Shown here: one piece after another, positions 9,361-19,899 of the stretch
Numbering within the stretch: the stretch's first letter is position 1
Layout: each line of letters starts with the position of its first letter
Assembly: GCA_965205505.1 (NCBI GenBank)
Contig: CBDBHB010000009.1
Span: 2,944,001 to 3,008,000, forward strand
Reading direction: 5' to 3'
DNA length: 64,000 nt
Source: Acidobacteriota bacterium
GTDB lineage: Bacteria > Acidobacteriota > UBA890 > WLXD01
Position numbers and translations under genes: made by a program
Notes under the pieces: model-generated
The model's input: the letters and a program-made list of their open reading frames with translations, nothing else
Told to the model about the DNA's origin: nothing
The model's database searches: none

Positions 9361-12285
9361 TCAGTTCAAACGCACCGACACCAGCTTGGAGACTCCGCTG
9401 TCCTCCATGGTGACGCCGTACAGCAGGTCGGCGACCTCCATGCTGAGCTTGTTGTGCGTGATCATGATGAACTGCGCCCGGTCCTGGAAGTGGTGCAAGG
9501 TCCGGATGAAACGCGCCACGTTGTTTTCGTCGAGCGCCGCGTCGGCCTCGTCGAGAATGCAGAACGGCGCCGGATGGTATTCGAAGATCGCGAACATCAA
9601 CGCCAGGGCGATCATCGAGCGCTCCCCGCCCGACATGAGGCGGATGCTCTGCAGCGTCTTGCCGGGCGGTTGCGCCATGATCTCGATGCCACTGTTGAGC
9701 GGATCGTCTGGGCACTCGAGTCGCATTCCGGCACGGCCGCCGCCGAACAGTTGCCGGAAGATGCGGTTGAAATAACCGTCGATAGCCCCGAACGCCTCGG
9801 TAAAGCGACCGATGCACTCCGCGTCGATCTTCTTTATGGCCTCGCGCAGGTTCGTGGTGGCGCCGTGGAGGTCGGCTCGCTGGCTGTTCAGCTCCTCGAA
9901 ACGATCCTTCTGCGACTCGTAGTCCTCGTAGGCGACCAGGTTCACCGGGCCCAGCCGATCGATGGCGGCGCGAACCCGTCCGATCTCCTCATCCAAGGCG
10001 GGCTCGTTCGGTGCCCCCGTCGCCGTGTCCGATCGATCATCGTCGACGCTCTCGACGGCGACCGAAGCCAGCAACTGTGCCGGGTCCGTATCCAGCCGTT
10101 CACGAATCTGCTCGTGCAGGTGCTGGCGCTCAATACGCACTTCGGCGGCATGCACCTCATTGGCCGAGCGACGTGATTGGGCCCGCTCGACCGCGTTGCG
10201 GTGCGCTCCGACGGCAGATTCCAACGCCGCCAGTTCGAACTCCTCGGCCAGATCGCTGCCATCATCTTCCCGTAGTCCTTCTTCGAGCTCAGCGCACAGC
10301 TTGCTGGACTCTTGCGCCCGCTCATCGGCGACTCCGGCGCTGACTTCGGCAGCGGCGCCGCTTGCTACCAGCGCCTTGGCATCGGCGTATGAGCGGGTAA
10401 TCTCCGCGTCTTGTCGCCGCACGCCCGCTTCCGCTACTTGGAGCTCGCGGGCCGCGGCGGCGGCCTGTGCACGCGCCGCCCCGAGCGACGTCTCGGCTCG
10501 ATCTACCTGCAGGCGCAGGGCCTCGATTTCTGCCGAGGGCACCACCTCCGTCGCCGTCGTGGAGGCAGGGAGCTCGACGCGGACTCCTGCGCGGGCCCCC
10601 TCGGTGATGCGGTCGACCGACTCGTTGCGATAACGGATCTCCGCGCCCCGCGCCCAGACCTGACCGAGTGCATCCACGAAGCCATGAGCCGGATTCTCGG
10701 CGGCAAGGCGCAGCGCATCATCTGGCGTGGCCACCAGCCAGGTGTTGGCCATGAGGTCGTCGAGGACCATCTTGCCGGCTGAGTTCCGCCCGCGCGCTGC
10801 TGCACGCAGGGGCTCCAGATCCGGTTCAGGCGCCGTGTTCACGGGCGTTGCGGTACCGAGGGGCCGTAGCCCCGCCGACACGCCGCGGCGCACCTCAGCG
10901 GCCTTCAACCAGACATCGATTTGCTTCGCCGACAGCATCGGCAAACGCAAGCTGTCGCCCAGCGCCAGGGCGACGGCGCCGCGGAGCTCCGGCTCGACCT
11001 CGATACAAGCCGCCAGCGTGCTTAGCTCCAAAACGTTGTCGGCCACCGCCGTGGCGTCGAGATGCGTGATCGGGTCCAAGCGCTGGCGCGCTTCTTGTAC
11101 AAGACGCTCGGCCGACCGCGCAGCTCGATCCCCCTCGTTGGATGCATTCCGTCGTGCATCGGCGATCGACTGGGCTTCGTCACGGGCAGTTTGCAGAGCT
11201 TGTAGCTTGCGCTGCAGCTCTTCCTGGCGCTCGACGACGAATGCGGCGCGATCGCGCTGTCTGGATGCCTCCGACCTGGCGCGCTCGTGCTCCACCTGCG
11301 CGTGGTAGAGCTTCTGCCGGGATTGCTCACGCTCCTGTCTTTGCTCCCGTCCGGCCTGGCGGGCGCGCTCCCAAGCTCTTGTCGCGGTCTCGAGCTCATC
11401 GCGGGCCACCTGCTCCCCCAAGCTGGCCGCCTCTACCGCCGCTGCGGCGATACGCGCCCCGCTCTCGGCCGCATGCAACCGCAGGGTGAACCAGGTTCGC
11501 TCCAGACCACGCAGTCGTTCGCGCAGCGCACGGTAGTGACGCGCCCGTCCCGCCTGCCGCTTGAGGCTCCGCATCTGCCGGGCAACCTCCTGGCAGATAT
11601 CGTCGACGCGCGCCAGATCCTGGGCCGTAGCCTCCAGCTTGAGGTTGGTGCCGTGCCTGTGCCGGCGATACAGCGAGATCCCGGCAGCCTCCTCGATCGG
11701 TGCTCGGCGCTCCATCGGACTGGCCGACAGAATCTGATCGATTCGCCCCTGGCCGATCGTGTAGCAGGCGCGCGCTCCGAGGCCGGTTCCCAGCAGCCGA
11801 TCGCGAACGTCGCGCAGCAGGCACTTCTCGCCGTTCAGCAGGTACTCGCTGTTGCCGGAGCGGAACAACCGGCGGGTGATCACCAACTCGCCCCCGAGAT
11901 CTTCGCCGCTGGAGGGTCGGGGTGTCCCGGCACCATCGCCCCCGTTCGTATCGGCCCGGTGGCGGTTGGCTTCGACGTCGGCGCCGACCGTGAACAGGTC
12001 AGCCGTCGGCTCTGGGCGCGTCGTCAGATGGAGGGTTACCTCGGCGGTGCTAGTGGGCTTGCGGCCGGCACTACCCTGGAAGATCACATCCTTCATGCGC
12101 TGAGCACGTAGCAGGCTGGTGCTCTGCTCCCCGAGAGCCCACATGATCGCGTCGGAGATATTGCTCTTGCCGCACCCGTTCGGACCGACGACTGCCGTAA
12201 TCCCCTCGGGAAAGACGAGCTCAGCTGCGTCGGCGAACGATTTGAAGCCGTAGATATCGAGCTTCGATAGACGCCACACGGGCAC
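9361..12285 (-). CDS. smc: Chromosome segregation protein SMC (short, 974 aa)
   Basis: GFKSF, GPNGCGKSN Walker A, GQGRI Q-loop, LGPVN, MSGGERS signature, LDEADAALD and ITH motifs. Confidence 0.88.
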   Translation of the reverse strand: MPVWRLSKLDIYGFKSFADAAELVFPEGITAVVGPNGCGKSNISDAIMWALGEQSTSLLRAQRMKDVIFQGSAGRKPTSTAEVTLHLTTRPEPTADLFTVGADVEANRHRADTNGGDGAGTPRPSSGEDLGGELVITRRLFRSGNSEYLLNGEKCLLRDVRDRLLGTGLGARACYTIGQGRIDQILSASPMERRAPIEEAAGISLYRRHRHGTNLKLEATAQDLARVDDICQEVARQMRSLKRQAGRARHYRALRERLRGLERTWFTLRLHAAESGARIAAAAVEAASLGEQVARDELETATRAWERARQAGREQRQEREQSRQKLYHAQVEHERARSEASRQRDRAAFVVERQEELQRKLQALQTARDEAQSIADARRNASNEGDRAARSAERLVQEARQRLDPITHLDATAVADNVLELSTLAACIEVEPELRGAVALALGDSLRLPMLSAKQIDVWLKAAEVRRGVSAGLRPLGTATPVNTAPEPDLEPLRAAARGRNSAGKMVLDDLMANTWLVATPDDALRLAAENPAHGFVDALGQVWARGAEIRYRNESVDRITEGARAGVRVELPASTTATEVVPSAEIEALRLQVDRAETSLGAARAQAAAAARELQVAEAGVRRQDAEITRSYADAKALVASGAAAEVSAGVADERAQESSKLCAELEEGLREDDGSDLAEEFELAALESAVGAHRNAVERAQSRRSANEVHAAEVRIERQHLHEQIRERLDTDPAQLLASVAVESVDDDRSDTATGAPNEPALDEEIGRVRAAIDRLGPVNLVAYEDYESQKDRFEELNSQRADLHGATTNLREAIKKIDAECIGRFTEAFGAIDGYFNRIFRQLFGGGRAGMRLECPDDPLNSGIEIMAQPPGKTLQSIRLMSGGERSMIALALMFAIFEYHPAPFCILDEADAALDENNVARFIRTLHHFQDRAQFIMITHNKLSMEVADLLYGVTMEDSGVSKLVSVRLN

Positions 12286-12517
12286 CTGCCTCCTGTCCCT
12301 GTGCCACCCGACCGGCCAGTACAGCCTGTTCGTCTAGCGGGCGCCCCCTGACGATGCGCGAGCTGAGACCCCCTCGCTCCGCGCGCCACCGGCGGCGAGT
12401 GTAGCACGGTCCGTTTCCGTCGCCGACGAACCACAAGGCAATCCTGTTCGCCTCGGCAGGGTAGCACCAAGTCGGTTTGCGACCCCTTTTCCCCGTCGGT
12501 AGACTCCGCTTCGGCCA

Positions 12518-12589
12518 GCCGGCGTAGCTCAGTGGCAGAGCAGCTGATTCGTAATCAGCAGGTCCGCGGTTCAAATCCGCGCGCCGGCT
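12518..12589 (+). tRNA. tRNA-Thr(CGT)
   Basis: Full cloverleaf: GCCGGCG acceptor, GCTC/GAGC D stem, GCTGA-TTCGTAA-TCAGC anticodon arm, CGCGG-TTCAAAT-CCGCG T arm. Confidence 0.97.
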
Positions 12590-12616
12590 CTAGGATTTAT
12601 CGATTCGATAATCCGA

Positions 12617-12638
12617 GCGGTCACGGAACAGTCACGCC
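12617..12638 (+). repeat. Putative integrase arm-type site, left end
   Basis: GCGGTCACGGAACAGTCACGCC matches 44925-44946 at 20/22 and contains two GTCAC units 11 bp apart. Confidence 0.7.
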
Positions 12639-12655
12639 AACAGGACTGAGGCGGC

Positions 12656-13512
12656 ATGAGATTCTCCGAGCGCATCGGCGCGAAACCGCTCCGAGACGTC
12701 GTCCAAGTCACCTCGATGGACGACAACCTGCGCAACTCGCTCTGGAACTTGCTACTTCCGTGGGTCCAAGGGCGTAAAGGACAAGGCCATCTCTGGTGGG
12801 AAGCAGCGGTAGCGATCGCGCGCGACTTCACCAAGCAACCGGTAGACGAACTCCCACCCAACAACCAATACGATCTCCACGGATGGGTGAAGGAGATCTT
12901 CTTCGAATCCAAGTGGTTCGAGGTTTACGACCTGATTGAGTTTGTTGTCGGCAACGTCCCTGTCCCAGGACGGTCGCCCGAAGGCCTACGCGAAGCCGTA
13001 AACGAGATCCTCGAGCGCGAAGCATCAGGATACCGATTCATTGCGGAGCGCCTCGCGCCAATCTCCTCCGAGGTCGAGCTTGCGGCGATCGATGGCGCGG
13101 TGGCTGCAGCCGACGATCAGGGCCTGCACGTAGTCTCTGGTCACATTCGCACTGCGGTCGCTAAGCTCAGGGAACCGCCCGATGCCGACTACAGGAACGC
13201 CATCAAAGAGCTATCTCCGCGGTGGAGTCCGCGGCGAAGTTGGTCACTGGGATCGAAGGCGGCGGCCTGAAGCGTGCCCTCAAGGAACTGGCTCAGCGTG
13301 CGTACCTCCACGAGGCGCTTCGCGATGGCCTCGTGAAGCACGAGTATGCAAGCGACGAAGACGGGGTGCGACACGTGGCCTTGGAGGGCAGCAAGGTGGG
13401 CTTCGACGAGGCCAAATTCATGGTCGTCCTCTGTTCCGCCGCCAGCCACCTGTTGATCGTCAAGGCGGAAGCAGCCGGTCTTCTGACAGGGGACACGCGA
13501 GGAGGCCTATAG
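12656..13512 (+). pseudogene. AbiJ-N-like plus HEPN abortive-infection protein, frameshifted near 13210
   Basis: N-terminus MRFSERIG...SMDDNLRNSLWN...WFEVYDLIE. NAIKE joins ISAVESAAK only across a frameshift. C-terminal ASDEDGVRH..L is a HEPN-like motif. Confidence 0.72.
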
Positions 13513-14531
13513 GCCTCCCGGCGGCTCAAACGGCCCGCCGCGGCTCGATTCTCTCGCCGGGGGAGTCTTGCGCCGTGGTGCCGGCAGCGAGGACGGCTTC
13601 CGCCGCGGTGTTGCGCGATCCTGGAGGCACGGGCCCAGCGTTTGGGACAACGCTACGCCTCCTCCTAGCCTCTAACAAGGCCGGTAGACACGCACGGCCG
13701 CAGCGTAGGTGCAAGTGTCGAGGGCTCGACGCGGTAGGCACCAGTCGCACATGCCGCATAGGGTCACCCGGCCACCTCTGGTGGCTGTGCGTGCCCTAGC
13801 ATGGATCTCGAGGGCGCTGGTTCACCCTTTGACCGTGCTCAGGGCTCGACGGCCCTTAGAAACGATCTGTGGCCTCGCAGCGCTCGGTCCCGAGATCACG
13901 CCGCGTAGCAGCCCGCTAGCAGCGTTCGACACGATGACCCCGACCAGAAGCGCCTCGCGCGGCGATGCGCCGGTTGCCCTGCTGCTCGGACACTTTCGGC
14001 ACGGTCGTGGCCTCAAAGGTGGGACCTTCGAGGCCATCGAAGATGATCACCACCTCCATGTTGCTGTGCTCGTCGATGCTGAGCACACGACCCATGGCCG
14101 TTTGTCCGGCGTGCCCTTCCACCGGATGATCCTCTCCCCGGCCATGAAGTACGAGGTATCCGGCCCGTTCGGGTCGCTCGAGGAGTGGAGCGCGAGAGGC
14201 GCCGGTCTCTGCGGTTGGCGCAATTTACGGCGGGAAACGAGCGCCCCCGTGGATCTGCCGGCCTCGAGATCAGCGCCGACGGACAGTCGAGCCCGAGTAG
14301 CAACCTGAGTCTCGGCGCCACGAGCACGACGTGCGCCCGGTATTCAAGCGAGTCGTCGATACGTGCGGCGCGGAGTTCGTCGCTCACACGCCGTTCTCCG
14401 GTTCTCCATCGGGGCGCATGACACCGTACATGGATGCGCCGGATCTTACAGCGAGACTGGTGCACGGGACGGAGCCATTGACTAGACTAGGCATCGGTAA
14501 TCTGACACCGTCACTCACCGAGGGTTCCGGA

Positions 14532-14801
14532 ATGGCTCATCGACTGTTGCGCACCGTTGCCGTTGCGCTGATGGTCGGCCTTTCTCTGAGCGTCGTCGTG
14601 CCGCACGCGCACACGCTCGGGGCACCGAACGACGGATGCCTGTGCAAGTGCAACACGGGCTCCGCCGGTTCGGCGATGACCACCAGCGCGCTGGACCATC
14701 CGCGTCCGACTTGCTGGCGTGACTCGGCACCGCAGGTCGCCTCCTCCGCGCCGCTCGCCGCGGCGCCGGTGATTCGTCGAGGACCACCCGTCTCCGCCTG
14801 A
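14532..14801 (+). CDS. DUF2946/CruR-like upstream peptide (signal or TM segment, HxH, CxCxC, C-terminal RGPP)
   Basis: 89 aa, MAHRLLRTVAVALMVGLSLSVVVPHAH...GCLCKCN...IRRGPPVSA, directly upstream of a TonB-dependent receptor. Confidence 0.7.
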   Translation: MAHRLLRTVAVALMVGLSLSVVVPHAHTLGAPNDGCLCKCNTGSAGSAMTTSALDHPRPTCWRDSAPQVASSAPLAAAPVIRRGPPVSA

Positions 14802-14969
14802 TCGCGACGAATCTGTGGAGTCGCCGACTCCACTCGCGTTCGCCCGTCGCGGTCTGACGTTCCGAGCAGGAAACGCGGGCTGTCGTACCCGCGTCTCATT
14901 CGACGTCGCCGTTACTCCGAGATCCAGCCGTGGACCTGGAGAGTTCGGCTAAAGGCAGAGACGATACCG

Positions 14970-17324
14970 ATGAAAAGCTGTTTACAGTTCTTCCACAGGA
15001 TTTTCAGCCCTTCCCCCGGACCCCCATCCCGCGGTCTGGTGCTCGTGGCGGTCGCTGCGAGCCTCCTATTCGTGTCCTCGACATTCGCACTCGCGCAGGA
15101 GGCGAGCAGCATCGTGGGCACCGTGACGCTGGAAAACACCGGCGGTGCGCTGCACGGCGCACGCGTGCTCATCATCAACCTGGGTCGCTCGACCCTTTCC
15201 GACGAGGATGGGCGGTTCCGCTTCGACGGCGTGCCGGCAGGACAACATGAGCTGCTGGCGATGCGCGAGCACCTGCAGGCTGACCGTCAAACCGTCGAGG
15301 TCGGCGCAGGCGAGGCGACCACCGTCGACTTCGCGCTGGCGCTGGCGGCCGTCCACGAGGAAGTCACGGTAACCGCCACCGGCCGCATCACGACCGCCTT
15401 CGATGCGTTCAACACAGTGCAGGCACTCGACTCCATCGACCTTGCCCAGAACATGGCCGGCAACCTGGGGGAGCTGCTGGAGAACGAGCCCGGGGTGGCC
15501 AAGCGCAGCTTCGGACCGGGCTCGAGCCGTCCGATCATCCGCGGCTTCGACAACGATCGCGTGCTGTTGATGCAGGACGGCGTGCGCTCCGGGGACCTGT
15601 CGAGCCAGTCCGGCGATCACGGCGTCAGCATCGACCCCGCAGCACTCGGACGGGTCGAGATCCTCAAAGGCCCGGCCACGCTACTGTACGGGTCCAACGC
15701 CATCGGCGGCGTCGTCAACGCGATCTCGCCGCACCAGGCGTTCTACGAGAACCCGCCCGCCGAGCTACGGGGCCAGCTGAACGCCGACCTCGGCTCCACC
15801 AACGAGCAGGCCGGCGGTAACGCCAACTTCCAAGTCGGCAACGGTAAGATCATGGCCTGGTTCGGCGGCGGCGGCCGTCGCACGAGCGAGTACATCACGC
15901 CCGAGGGCACCGTCGAGAACTCGCAGACCGAGCAGATGAACGGTCGCGCCGGGCTCGGCTGGTTCGGCGACCGAGACTACATCTCGGTCAGCTACGAGAT
16001 CGAAGACGGCACCTACGGCATCCCGTTCGCCGGCGAGCTACACGGCCATCACGAAGAAGAGGAGGAAGAGGAGCCCCTGATCGACATCGACCAACGCCGG
16101 CAGGTAGTGCGCGTCGAAGGCGGGCTGCGCAACCTCCAGGGCCGCTTCATCGACGGCGTGAAGGCGATCTTCAGCTACGTCGACTGGCAGCACCAGGAGA
16201 TCGAGAGCTTCGCGGACACCGGCGTGCGGGAGGTCGGCACCGAGTTCGACAACAAGCACTACATCGGACGGATCGAGGTGCAGCAAACCCCGACCGAACG
16301 GCTCCAGGGGCAGTTCGGAGCGTGGGGTCAGCGCCGCGACTACGTGGCCATGGGGGAAGAAGCGCTGGCGCCCCCCACCCAGCAGGATGCCTTAGCGGCC
16401 TTCGCCTACGAGGAGCTCGAGCTCAAGGGCTGGAGCTTGCAGTTCGGTGGCCGCATCGAGACCAACAAGTACAAGCCCGAAGCCAGCGAGCGCGCAGCCG
16501 GCCACGAAGAGGAAGAGGGCGAACACCATGCCGAGGAGGCCCCTGAGGTTCGCGACCGCACCTTCACCGGGTTCTCGGGATCGGTAGGAGTCCGCGTGCC
16601 GTTCGCAGAGAATCGCGCGGCGCTGGTGGCCAACTTCACCAGCTCGTATCGTGCCCCCGCGCTGGAGGAGCTGTACAACTTCGGCCCCCATGTGGGGAAC
16701 CTGGCCTTCGAGATCGGCAACCCCGATCTGGAGCACGAGCGCTCCAACGGCGGCGAGGTGAACCTGCGCCTCAACACCGGCAAGGTGCGCGGCCAAGCGA
16801 GCGTCTTCTATTACGACATCAGCAACTTCATCTTCGGCGCTCCGACCGGCGAGGTGGTCGACGAGTTGCTGGAGCTCAAGTACGAACAGGGCGACAGCCG
16901 CTTCGTCGGTGCCGACCTGGCCCTGAGCTTTCACCTGGATGAGCGGTGGCGCCTGCACGTCGGCAGCGGCGTGATCGACGCCAGGCTCGAGGACACCGAC
17001 GAAGCGCTGCCGCGGATCCCGCCGTTGTCGGGCCGCCTGGCGCTCGACTGGCTGCCGGTGAATGGACTGCTGATCCGGCCCGAGCTGCTCGTCGCTGCCA
17101 AACAGGACAATGTGTTCGGCGCGGAAACGCCGACCGACGGCTACACGACGGCCAACCTGATGGCGTCGTACACGATCGCCGGCTCCAAGATGATGCACGT
17201 GTTCACGCTCAAGAGCACCAATCTCGGCGACACGCTCTATCGGAACCACACGTCGCTGATCAAGGACCTGGCTCCGGAGATGGGACGCAGGGTCCTGCTG
17301 ACCTACGGACTGCGGCTGTTCTGA
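14970..17324 (+). CDS. TonB-dependent receptor, ZnuD-like (metal uptake)
   Basis: Signal peptide, N-terminal carboxypeptidase-regulatory-like domain, plug motifs SRPIIRG and EILKGPATLLYGSNAIGGVVN, His/Glu-rich loops, terminal Phe. Confidence 0.9.
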   Translation: MKSCLQFFHRIFSPSPGPPSRGLVLVAVAASLLFVSSTFALAQEASSIVGTVTLENTGGALHGARVLIINLGRSTLSDEDGRFRFDGVPAGQHELLAMREHLQADRQTVEVGAGEATTVDFALALAAVHEEVTVTATGRITTAFDAFNTVQALDSIDLAQNMAGNLGELLENEPGVAKRSFGPGSSRPIIRGFDNDRVLLMQDGVRSGDLSSQSGDHGVSIDPAALGRVEILKGPATLLYGSNAIGGVVNAISPHQAFYENPPAELRGQLNADLGSTNEQAGGNANFQVGNGKIMAWFGGGGRRTSEYITPEGTVENSQTEQMNGRAGLGWFGDRDYISVSYEIEDGTYGIPFAGELHGHHEEEEEEEPLIDIDQRRQVVRVEGGLRNLQGRFIDGVKAIFSYVDWQHQEIESFADTGVREVGTEFDNKHYIGRIEVQQTPTERLQGQFGAWGQRRDYVAMGEEALAPPTQQDALAAFAYEELELKGWSLQFGGRIETNKYKPEASERAAGHEEEEGEHHAEEAPEVRDRTFTGFSGSVGVRVPFAENRAALVANFTSSYRAPALEELYNFGPHVGNLAFEIGNPDLEHERSNGGEVNLRLNTGKVRGQASVFYYDISNFIFGAPTGEVVDELLELKYEQGDSRFVGADLALSFHLDERWRLHVGSGVIDARLEDTDEALPRIPPLSGRLALDWLPVNGLLIRPELLVAAKQDNVFGAETPTDGYTTANLMASYTIAGSKMMHVFTLKSTNLGDTLYRNHTSLIKDLAPEMGRRVLLTYGLRLF

Positions 17325-17493
17325 GACTTACGTAGTGAGCACAGCCCGAGACGACGACGGCTGATCGCGACGTCAGGCGAAGCGGGTGCATGGGCACAGC
17401 GCCGGTGACTTCGGCATCCGGCGTCAGAACCGTCCCCACTCCCTTACAGGCTAAGCGAGACTCAACCGATTCCTATCACTCAAAGATTTTGCC

Positions 17494-17574
17494 CTATGGA
17501 ACAATCTAGTTTGGCCAAATGAGCGACCCTTCCCCTGCTTCAATTGCTCGCCCGTCTTCTTGAAAAAAGGACGC
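17494..17574 (+). repeat. About 80-bp degenerate direct repeat, copy 1 (copy 2 is 18323-18340 plus 21883-21945, split by IS1595)
   Basis: CTATGGAACAATCTAGTTTGGCCA...GACCCT.CCCC...TTC.ATTGCTCGC...TCTTC.TGAAA...GGACGC aligns with the reconstructed empty IS site. Confidence 0.7.
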
Positions 17575-18229
17575 ACGCGCGCACGATCGGGGTAGCGGCC
17601 GGGACGTTCCCGCTCGATGCGATCGGCAGACCGGCCACCTCCACAGGCATTGCGGCGCGGCCTACCGCGGCCGGTGCGGGGTTTTGACCGTGAGTCTCGA
17701 ACAGGGCCGGACTGCAGACCGGGAACAACGTCTCCTCGAACAGCGTCTCCCGGCGGGTCGTCTCCGCGCTCGGCGCCTTGGCCTCGCCGGCATAGGTGAT
17801 CCAGACGTCGAAGTCGTGCCGGTTGGGGTCGACGCCCAAGTGGTCGGTCTCCAACTCGATGATAACGCCAGGGTGGGACACCTGGAAATCCGCCAGCTTC
17901 GGCATGAGCCACCGCTCGGCGACGGATTCGACCGAAACCAGTTTCAGCCGCTGTATCCCGGAATCGCCGCGGCAGCGTTCCGTGATGTCCCGGATCTCGG
18001 CCAGAATGCGCTGGACATCCTTCAGATACGCCTTGCCGCGCCCGTTCAGGCGCACACTACGATGACTGCGCTCGAACAGCGCGCCGTCGAGATGCTCTTC
18101 CAGTACCTTGATGCGGTGGGCAACGGCCGACGATGAGACGTTGAACTCCTCAGCCGCCTTGGCGAAGCTCTCGCGGCGGGCCGCGGCTTCGAAGAAGCGC
18201 AGGCATTCAAGCGGCGGAAGTGGCGGCAT
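17540..18229 (-). pseudogene. GcvA-like LysR regulator, C-terminally truncated
   Basis: LPPLECLRFFEAAARRESFAKAAEEFNVSSSAVAHRIK HTH. Similarity stops after FPVCSPAL. Confidence 0.8.
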
Positions 18230-18469
18230 GGTCGCGGATCTCCGAACAGGAATAGGTGCTCCTTTGATTGCCTACATAGGGTAAGCGTGACTCACAGGAG
18301 TTTTGGAATATAAAATTAACGGCTATGGGACAATTAAATTCGGCAGTGTGTACTTGTTGCAAATGTGCGTAGAACCGCGCAGCCTTTGGCGAGAATAGAC
18401 ATGGCGAGGGCTTGGCGCGTCAAGGCCGGGAATGGATTCGGTGGGGCGCTGCAGGGCTCGGGAGCCGAC

Positions 18470-18643
18470 TCAGTCTTTAGTCGGATCTTCTTCGTTTGCC
18501 GACTTGGCTGACGCGCTGCGGCCCTTCTTCTCGGGCGGCGCTGTCAGGAGCCGATGCACGGCTTCCTCGGGATCAATGTCGATCCGCAACCGGTCGGCTG
18601 TAGGCCCTGGTTTCTTCTTTTCATCGGGCTTTGAAACACTCAT
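18470..18643 (-). CDS. Small charged IS passenger protein (57 aa)
   Basis: Manual translation MSVSKPDEKKKPGPTADRLRIDIDPEEAVHRLLTAPPEKKG...KD*, directly downstream of the tRNA-like gene. Confidence 0.55.
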   Translation of the reverse strand: MSVSKPDEKKKPGPTADRLRIDIDPEEAVHRLLTAPPEKKGRSASAKSANEEDPTKD

Positions 18644-18668
18644 GTCTCAAGGCTACCATTGGTGCGAG

Positions 18669-18756
18669 TGCCCCCGGCGGGATTCGAACCCGCAAGACGT
18701 GAAATCGTCAACCGGTTGCAAACCGGGCGTGTATGCCGATTTCCACCACGGGGCGC
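18669..18756 (-). tRNA. Atypical tRNA: type II (Leu-like) body with UGC (Ala) anticodon
   Basis: GCGCCCCG TG GTGGAAATCGGCATACAC G CCCGG TTTGCAA CCGGT T GACG ATTTCA CGTC TT GCGGG TTCGAAT CCCGC CGGGGGC A. The acceptor stem needs one bulge and CCA is not encoded. Confidence 0.75.
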
Positions 18757-18780
18757 TTTTCTTGTCTCTCGGGACCAAAA

Positions 18781-19893
18781 CTACCGGACCATTGCATCCG
18801 GAACAGCCCGCAGCATTCCGCGCTTCTCGTCCCTGTTCACCTGGACTCCATACGAGTACCTGAACTCCTCCGGTAGCAGCCCCAACGTGGCGGCCAACTG
18901 GTCCGTGGTCCAGTTCAGGTTGTCTATGTGCCATTCGACATACTGCCCCAGGAGGGTTGGCCACTCCCGCGGCGGGTCCAACTCTGGCGGCTCGCGGCGT
19001 CGATACCCGGCCTTACTGAGCCGCATCCAAAGCCGCTTCTCGGCTCGGGGCGTGATTCGGCGCAGCTCCTTGGCCCGGTACAGGAGTGCCGCCATTGACA
19101 CTCGCCAGTACTTCTTGAGCGTAGCGAGCTTCGCGAACGTCAGGTTGGACAACTGTGTCCGTATCTCCGTTTCAGGCATCAAGAACTCAGCGGCGAAACC
19201 ATCCGCTTGGCGCTCCATGTCCGCGTCTGGCACGGGGACGGTGTGCATCACAATGTGGGCAAGCTCATGCGCCAACGTGAGACGAGTTCGATCCGGGGGC
19301 ATGCGCGAGTTCAAGAAGAACAAAGGAGGGAGGTCCGGAAGCCAACGGCTTACAGCGTCGACCTTCCCGGTGCCGAAATCGAACTGCACGACTATGCCGC
19401 CAGCGTTCTCGATAATCGCGACGAAGTCCTCAACTGGGCCGGGTGGAACGTTCCAATGGGCGCGCAGCAGTTTCGCGATCTTCGCTGTATCGGCTCCGTA
19501 TTCGTCGGGGTCGAATACGGGAAACTTGTCAGTTTTCAGTTCAACGGTTGCCACAAGACGCCGAACGTGGATCAAGTACCGGTTGATAAGAGCATGTATC
19601 TGACGAATCACCCCAACCGGAGCAGACTGTCGTTTCCGATGAAAGAACTCACTAACCGATGGGCTGACCATCTTGTCCGTGAAGAAAAAGAAGCCCTTCG
19701 GATAACTGAGCGCGCCGCACAGCTCATCCAGCACACCATCCGAAACGGGAACGAAGCCCGCCTCGATCTTCGACAAATGACCCTGTGTGATGCTCAGGTG
19801 CTCGGAGGCTAGTCGGCTTTGGGAGAACCCCCGCGTTTCTCGAGCGAGGGTGACCATTGCTGGGTTGACCGTGTCACCAACCAGTTGTTTCAT
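18781..19893 (-). CDS. XRE HTH plus ImmA/IrrE (M78) metallopeptidase
   Basis: N-terminal HTH (LARETRGFSQSRLA...LSKIEAG), RLTLAHELAH and ERQADGFAAEFLMP. Confidence 0.92.
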   Translation of the reverse strand: MKQLVGDTVNPAMVTLARETRGFSQSRLASEHLSITQGHLSKIEAGFVPVSDGVLDELCGALSYPKGFFFFTDKMVSPSVSEFFHRKRQSAPVGVIRQIHALINRYLIHVRRLVATVELKTDKFPVFDPDEYGADTAKIAKLLRAHWNVPPGPVEDFVAIIENAGGIVVQFDFGTGKVDAVSRWLPDLPPLFFLNSRMPPDRTRLTLAHELAHIVMHTVPVPDADMERQADGFAAEFLMPETEIRTQLSNLTFAKLATLKKYWRVSMAALLYRAKELRRITPRAEKRLWMRLSKAGYRRREPPELDPPREWPTLLGQYVEWHIDNLNWTTDQLAATLGLLPEEFRYSYGVQVNRDEKRGMLRAVPDAMVR

Positions 19894-19899
19894 GAACGA

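Noticed and set aside
13530-14500. Overlapping ORFs and a REP-like CCCTTTGACCGTGCTCAGGG
   Set aside because: No coherent protein motif and only a single REP-like copy; probably degraded DNA.
18715-18723. Reading the IS-borne tRNA as tRNA-Cys(GCA) or Leu(CAA)
   Set aside because: The anticodon stem CCGG/CCGG centres the 7-nt loop TTTGCAA on TGC. Shifting the register destroys the pairing.
18659-19603. 314-aa plus-strand ORF across the tRNA-like gene
   Set aside because: It is antisense to the XRE-ImmA/IrrE gene and has no motif.
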